NCBI GenBank assembly: GCA_964013405.1
Contig: CAXGWI010000062.1
Span: 1 to 18,763 of the forward strand
DNA from: an uncultured Myxococcales bacterium
GTDB taxonomy: Bacteria; Myxococcota; UBA4151
Direction: 5' to 3'
Length of the DNA stretch: 18,763 bases
Positions 14,380 to 18,763 of the stretch are shown piece after piece (the first letter of the stretch is position 1; each line of letters begins with the position of its first letter). Below the pieces are notes generated by a model. That model did not search any database. It was not told the origin of the DNA and saw only the letters and a program-made list of their open reading frames with translations. Position numbers and translations under genes: made by a program.

Positions 14380-16079
14380 GTCCGTTGTCCACCGGCCTCA
14401 AGGACCGTCTCCATGGCCATTCGGCAGCCAACTGCTTCATAGACCAGTTCGGTGCTTTTGCGAAAGTTCCCAGATGGCATCGGAATCTGCAACGAGTTCT
14501 CCCCCGGTTTCAGAGGGTACTCACGACCCAAGACCTTCAAGGTCCCCAAGCCCGGGCTTTGCACCACGAGTTGACTGGGATGGAAGTCGCGAATGCGGAC
14601 GGTCAAAGCCTGAGACCCCCCCGGCCCGGTGCCCGGCAACTCGACCCGGCGGGTGATCTCCTTCGCCCGGTCGTGACGCAACATGATTTCATGGGTCCCG
14701 GCCGGCAAACGCAAACGGTGCAGTCTTGCGCCATCCCTCGGCGGCGAGCCTTTGACGTGAAGTTCAGCCCACGGGAACACCCGGACTGTCAACTCGTGAC
14801 GACGAGGGGCGACGGCCGCTGCAGATGCCCCTTTGAGTTGTTTTGGCCTGTCGTCTTCCTTGGCTTTGGCTTTGACCGCCTCGGGCGTGGGGACCACTTT
14901 TTCCCGGTAGGCCATGGGCTTTGGCACCACCCGCGTCCCAGGCGCAGCAACCTGTTCTTGTTCGATCAGCCATTGGGAACTCAGTGTGAGCCCGAGGGCC
15001 AGAAGTATCAAAGCGATCACAACAGGCCGCCCCCATCGTCGAACCCCGCTGGCGGCAACCTCCTCCAAAATGGCCTGTCTCGACGGATCGAGGGCAACGA
15101 TTCGGTTGGCGAGGCCGACGGCTTCGGGCCATCGGTGGGCTGCGCGAGCCCCAGCCAGTCGCTGATCGAGATAAGCAAGTTGCTGCGTACGCCATGAAGA
15201 GGAGGCCACGGCCGGACCATTGAGTAAGGCTGCCAGTTCCGCCGGTCCCTCGCCGAGCCAGTCGGGCAGCAGAGGTTCGATCTCGCGGAGCACGGCTTCG
15301 AGGTCGGGAAACCTGTCCTCGGGATTGAGCGCCATCATGCGGGTGATCGCAGCGACGAGTCGCTCGTCCATAGCTGGTGCAAGCCGTTCCAGGGGTTTGT
15401 AATCGCCCTCGGCAAGAGCTCGAAAGGTCGCTGCCGGGTTGTCCCGAGAAAATGGAGAATGACCGGTCGCTAACTGATATAAGACCGTACCGAGGGCAAA
15501 CTGATCGCTCCGGGCGTCAGCTCGCTTCCCCGCGACGATTTCCGGTGCCATATGGGCCGGCGAACCCACCAAAGCCCCGGTGATGGTCAACTGCCCACTG
15601 CCCTGCTCGAGGCGGGCGATCCCAAAGTCCATCAGCTTCACGCGACCATCGTTGAGTACCATGACATTGGCCGGTTTCACGTCCCGGTGGACCACCCCCT
15701 CTCGATGGGCATGCAAGAGGGCCTGGGCCAAGGGGATGGCGATGAGTAGCAAGGTCTCTGGGGGTGAGAACTCCGCTCGAGCCATGAGTTGATCCAGCGA
15801 CTGCCCCTCGAGTCGCTCCATCACAAGGAACTGGAGGGCTTCCTCCTCTTCACTCCACTGATAGACTTGGACGATCCCGGGATGCCGCAGGCGACCGATC
15901 GCCCGTGCTTCGGCCCGAAACCGAGCCTTCCCCTCCTTATTGCTCACCAAGACCGGGTGAAGCACCTTGATCGCGACCGCTCGGTCCAACTCTTCATCGT
16001 GTGCGGCATAGACGATGCCCATGCCTCCTTCGCCAATGGGGCCGTCCACGCGAAACTTGCCGATACGTTGTGGCCCCAT
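14352..16079 (-). CDS. Membrane-spanning Hanks-type Ser/Thr protein kinase with an extracytoplasmic PEGA-like domain
   Basis: GEGGMGIVY, VAIKVL, HRDVKPAN, DFG, GSPAHMAPE and SDQFALG. A TPR-like hairpin (AVGLANRIVALDP), RRWGR plus TM VVIALILLALGLTL, a P/K/A linker and VFPWAELHVKG...LPAGTHEI follow. Confidence 0.94.
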   Translation of the reverse strand: MGPQRIGKFRVDGPIGEGGMGIVYAAHDEELDRAVAIKVLHPVLVSNKEGKARFRAEARAIGRLRHPGIVQVYQWSEEEEALQFLVMERLEGQSLDQLMARAEFSPPETLLLIAIPLAQALLHAHREGVVHRDVKPANVMVLNDGRVKLMDFGIARLEQGSGQLTITGALVGSPAHMAPEIVAGKRADARSDQFALGTVLYQLATGHSPFSRDNPAATFRALAEGDYKPLERLAPAMDERLVAAITRMMALNPEDRFPDLEAVLREIEPLLPDWLGEGPAELAALLNGPAVASSSWRTQQLAYLDQRLAGARAAHRWPEAVGLANRIVALDPSRQAILEEVAASGVRRWGRPVVIALILLALGLTLSSQWLIEQEQVAAPGTRVVPKPMAYREKVVPTPEAVKAKAKEDDRPKQLKGASAAAVAPRRHELTVRVFPWAELHVKGSPPRDGARLHRLRLPAGTHEIMLRHDRAKEITRRVELPGTGPGGSQALTVRIRDFHPSQLVVQSPGLGTLKVLGREYPLKPGENSLQIPMPSGNFRKSTELVYEAVGCRMAMETVLEAGGQRTWRVDCSSP

Positions 16080-16082
16080 CGA

Positions 16083-17132
16083 CTATCCCAGGCAGATCCC
16101 AAGGGACCGGGCCGTTTGCATCAAGGAATGATTCAGCGGCACCGTTCGGACCTTACCCGCGACCTCATCGAGGGCAATATAGTGTATCCGGTTGTTGTTC
16201 ATGCCCACGAGAACCCCCCAACGATCCTCCAAGACACAATGGGCTGCCGCACAGCCGAAGGTCGTGGCGAGCACTCGATCTCCCGGGCTTGGGCTCCCCC
16301 CGCGCTGGAGGTGACCCAGCAGGACAGCCCGGGTCTCGATCCCTGCGAGGGCCTGAATCCGTTGCGCGACCACGGCCCCAACGCCCCCCAAGCGACGATG
16401 CTCCGGGTCCCGAAAAAGGGGCTCTTGATCTTGCTCGGCAGCCCCTTCGGCGACGACGACCAGATTGTAGGAGAGTCCTCGGACTCGCTCTTCAAGGATC
16501 TTCGCCACCACACGGTCATAACTGAACGGCACCTCGGGCAACAGAATCACATCTGCACCCCCGGCGATGCCCGAGGCCAGGGCGATCCAGCCAGCGTCAC
16601 GACCCATGGTTTCAAGCACCATGACCCGCCGGTGGCTTTCGCCGGTTGTTTGCAAGCGGTCCAGCGCCTCCGTCGCACAATGGACTGCCGAATCAAAACC
16701 GAAGGTAATGTCAGTGCCGTGAACATCGTTGTCGATGGTTTTCGGGACACAGATCACCGGCAGGCCCCGATCCATCAGCCCCGCGGCGATCGCCGTGGAA
16801 CCATCGCCACCGATACTAATCAGGCCGCCAACGCCCATCGCGCGAAGCCGCTCCAGAACCAAGTCGCCCCGATCGGAGCCATCATGCCAGCGAAAGGGGT
16901 CACCGGAATTTGATGTTCCAAGGACCGTCCCCCCCTCCACCAGGAGGCCGTCCACCGTCTTGCCATCGAGGGGCATCAATCGCGGGGGATCATCCAAGAG
17001 CCCAAAATAAGCATCGCAGAGGCCGACCACCTCCGGACCACCAGCCCCCTCGAGCGTCAGTACAAGACTGCGAAGTACCGCATTCAAGCCAGGGCAGTCA
17101 CCGCCCCCTGTCAGAACCGCTATCTTCTCCAT
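16083..17132 (-). CDS. pfkA: 6-phosphofructokinase, PfkA family (group III-like, probably ATP-dependent)
   Basis: TGGGDCPGLNA, GGTVLGT, IGGDGS (Gly at the donor-specificity position rather than the Asp of PPi-type enzymes), PKTIDND, TFGFDSA, ETMGR, VVAEG and LGHLQRGG. Confidence 0.95.
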   Translation of the reverse strand: MEKIAVLTGGGDCPGLNAVLRSLVLTLEGAGGPEVVGLCDAYFGLLDDPPRLMPLDGKTVDGLLVEGGTVLGTSNSGDPFRWHDGSDRGDLVLERLRAMGVGGLISIGGDGSTAIAAGLMDRGLPVICVPKTIDNDVHGTDITFGFDSAVHCATEALDRLQTTGESHRRVMVLETMGRDAGWIALASGIAGGADVILLPEVPFSYDRVVAKILEERVRGLSYNLVVVAEGAAEQDQEPLFRDPEHRRLGGVGAVVAQRIQALAGIETRAVLLGHLQRGGSPSPGDRVLATTFGCAAAHCVLEDRWGVLVGMNNNRIHYIALDEVAGKVRTVPLNHSLMQTARSLGICLG

Positions 17133-18426
17133 GGGGCCTTTCCCAAACTGAAACCAACTCCACGTGCATGGTGCCGGGCATCAGATCGATGGGGTGGATT
17201 GCGTGGCAGCGATACCCCGATTCCGCCAGGCCGTGAAGGTCCCGCTTGGCTGCCTCAAGCCCGCAATGCACCATCACAATCCGCTGGGGCTGGGCCTCCA
17301 GCAAACGACGCTTCCAGGCCGGGTCTAGGCCCGACCTAGGCGGATCACAGATCGCCAGCTCGAGGTCGACAGGCCAAGGCCCGGCTCCAGCGCTGCGCAG
17401 ACGAAATTCGACGCCCTCCACAGGGCTTAGCCACGCTGGGGCCAGCGCAGGCCCCTCATCCAGTGCGAGAACATCCCAACCCCGTTGGCCCAAGGCCCGG
17501 GCAAAGAGCCCCGTCCCGCAGCCTGCATCGATGGCCTGGCCCGCCTCCGAAGGCACCGCGTCGAGAACCGTCTGCAGCAGGCGTTCGCGCCCGGTCGGAT
17601 GAACCTGAACGAAAGCAAATGGGGGTGTCGGCAGAACAACGGGCCCGACTCTGACGGCCACTGCTGCGGGCCCAGCGTAGATCTGGGGCGCCTTGAGCCC
17701 TCCGAAATGGGACCGCTTCGCCGCATTCGCCTCGAGCCAGGAGACCGCATCGCCCGGGCGTCCGACCGTCGGTCGGTCCGAGGGCAGAGGCCCCTGGGCC
17801 CGCAAGCCAAGCCCCACCTTTGCCAACCCTGAGACCGCTGGCGTACCCAGCGTCAACACCACACTGGTCACCGTCTGCAATTGGGGAGCCTGGACCTGGA
17901 ATGAGAGCAGTTGGAGTCTATCTCGGAGGACCTCGGGAAGAATCTGACAGTCGTCGATGGCGAGACTGCCCGCCCCTCGAGCCATCGGCACCACAAACCG
18001 GGGTGCCGATCCCGCCCGGTCGACAAACACTCGGTGCCGAGTTCGCCAAGGCCCCCGCGGGCTGGGACCGCTTCCCGCTTCGAGCGACGAGCCGAGCGTT
18101 CCAAGGGCTTCTTTGACCCGGGACCATTTCGCCTGCCAGAGGGTATTGGGCTCCACCTCCCAGGCAACGCAGCCACCGCAGGTCGGCCGATGGGGGCAGG
18201 CTGTTGGATAGCGAGACGGTCCGGCTGTGATCTGCAACCATCGCCCCACAAGACGCCTGGGGCTCTCGTGAATAATCTCGATCCGACCACGATCACCGGG
18301 GGCCGCGGCCGGGATACGCAAGGGACGAAGATCGTCGTCGAGCGTGGCTTGACCATGCCCTTGACGGTCTAGGCCTTCGACCTGGACGTCGAATGTGCGG
18401 CCGATCATCCCGGTCCCTTTTTTCAT
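17098..18426 (-). CDS. RlmD/TrmA-family RNA (uracil-C5)-methyltransferase with a 4Fe-4S motif
   Basis: TRAM-like start (VEGLDRQGHG...AAPGD), CPHRPTCGGC plus a distal DC, FVQVH, DAGCGTG, DPPRSGL, VHC (catalytic Cys) and DLMPGTMHVE. ATG 18426 overlaps the moaE stop (ATGA). The RNA target cannot be determined from sequence. Confidence 0.88.
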   Translation of the reverse strand: MKKGTGMIGRTFDVQVEGLDRQGHGQATLDDDLRPLRIPAAAPGDRGRIEIIHESPRRLVGRWLQITAGPSRYPTACPHRPTCGGCVAWEVEPNTLWQAKWSRVKEALGTLGSSLEAGSGPSPRGPWRTRHRVFVDRAGSAPRFVVPMARGAGSLAIDDCQILPEVLRDRLQLLSFQVQAPQLQTVTSVVLTLGTPAVSGLAKVGLGLRAQGPLPSDRPTVGRPGDAVSWLEANAAKRSHFGGLKAPQIYAGPAAVAVRVGPVVLPTPPFAFVQVHPTGRERLLQTVLDAVPSEAGQAIDAGCGTGLFARALGQRGWDVLALDEGPALAPAWLSPVEGVEFRLRSAGAGPWPVDLELAICDPPRSGLDPAWKRRLLEAQPQRIVMVHCGLEAAKRDLHGLAESGYRCHAIHPIDLMPGTMHVELVSVWERPHGEDSGSDRGR

Positions 18427-18763
18427 GGACGAGGCGACACCCACTCGGTTCCGTCGGGCCCAGTCTCCTTCTTCCAGATGGGGCAATCTTCTTTGAGGCG
18501 CTCGAGGAACCAAGCGCAAGCGGCGAAGGCTTCGGCCCGGTGAGGCGAAGCGGCGACGATGGCCACGGCAGCATCGCCGACCTGAAGCCTGCCAACACGA
18601 TGATGACAACCGAAGCTGACTTCAGGCCACCGGGCCTTCCCCTCCGCCTCGATCGACTGAAGGACCCGCAACGCCATGGTCTCATACGCGCTGTATTCGA
18701 GAAGGGTCACCGCCCGTCCCAGATGATGGTTTCGAACGGTGCCTAAGAACGTGGCAATCGCAC
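18423..18763 (-). CDS. moaE: Molybdopterin synthase catalytic subunit MoaE, 5' end outside the window
   Basis: The frame is open to the window edge and reads AIATFLGTVRNHHLGRAVTLLEYSAYE...HHRVGRLQVGD...ASPHRAEAF...LKEDCPIWKKE...W. Confidence 0.95.
   Translation of the reverse strand, partial: AIATFLGTVRNHHLGRAVTLLEYSAYETMALRVLQSIEAEGKARWPEVSFGCHHRVGRLQVGDAAVAIVAASPHRAEAFAACAWFLERLKEDCPIWKKETGPDGTEWVSPRP

Noticed and set aside
14091..15197. 368-aa plus-strand ORF
   Set aside because: It is antisense to the kinase and TPR-like genes and has no recognisable motifs; long shadow ORFs are expected in GC-rich coding DNA.
15789..16913. 374-aa plus-strand ORF
   Set aside because: It is an antisense shadow of pfkA and the kinase, both of which have complete motif sets.
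18427..18609. 61-aa N-terminal extension of the methyltransferase in the ORF track
   Set aside because: It lies entirely within moaE in another frame and is Arg-rich without motifs; ATG 18426 gives a clean ATGA coupling.
1..18763. tRNA/rRNA genes, CRISPR arrays, IS or prophage genes, defence systems
   Set aside because: There is no non-coding space for them, and I saw no repeat-spacer pattern and no transposase, integrase, nuclease or phage motifs.

Overview
GC-rich bacterial chromosomal segment holding 16 genes, all on the minus strand and almost all touching or overlapping. The gene content (membrane Ser/Thr kinase with a PEGA-like tail, FHA-GAF sigma54 activator, AMIN-like protein, accD-folC-lptD linkage) suggests Myxococcota/deltaproteobacteria; this is inference. 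In transcription order (right to left): 5'-truncated moaE, RlmD/TrmA-family RNA methyltransferase, 6-phosphofructokinase, membrane Ser/Thr kinase, exported TPR-like protein, FHA-GAF-AAA+-HTH sigma54 activator, two uncharacterised lipoproteins, a 73-bp gap, accD, folC, an 804-aa AMIN-like/coiled-coil/AMIN-like protein, lptD, trpG/pabA, anmK, a 117-bp gap, a group 2-like sigma70 factor and a small two-TM protein. I found no RNA genes, CRISPR arrays or mobile elements. The best candidates for undescribed biology are (i) the five-gene kinase/TPR/pseudo-FHA activator/lipoprotein envelope-signalling cassette placed directly behind pfk, and (ii) the roughly 500-residue basic coiled-coil rod with AMIN-like domains at both ends, encoded immediately upstream of lptD.
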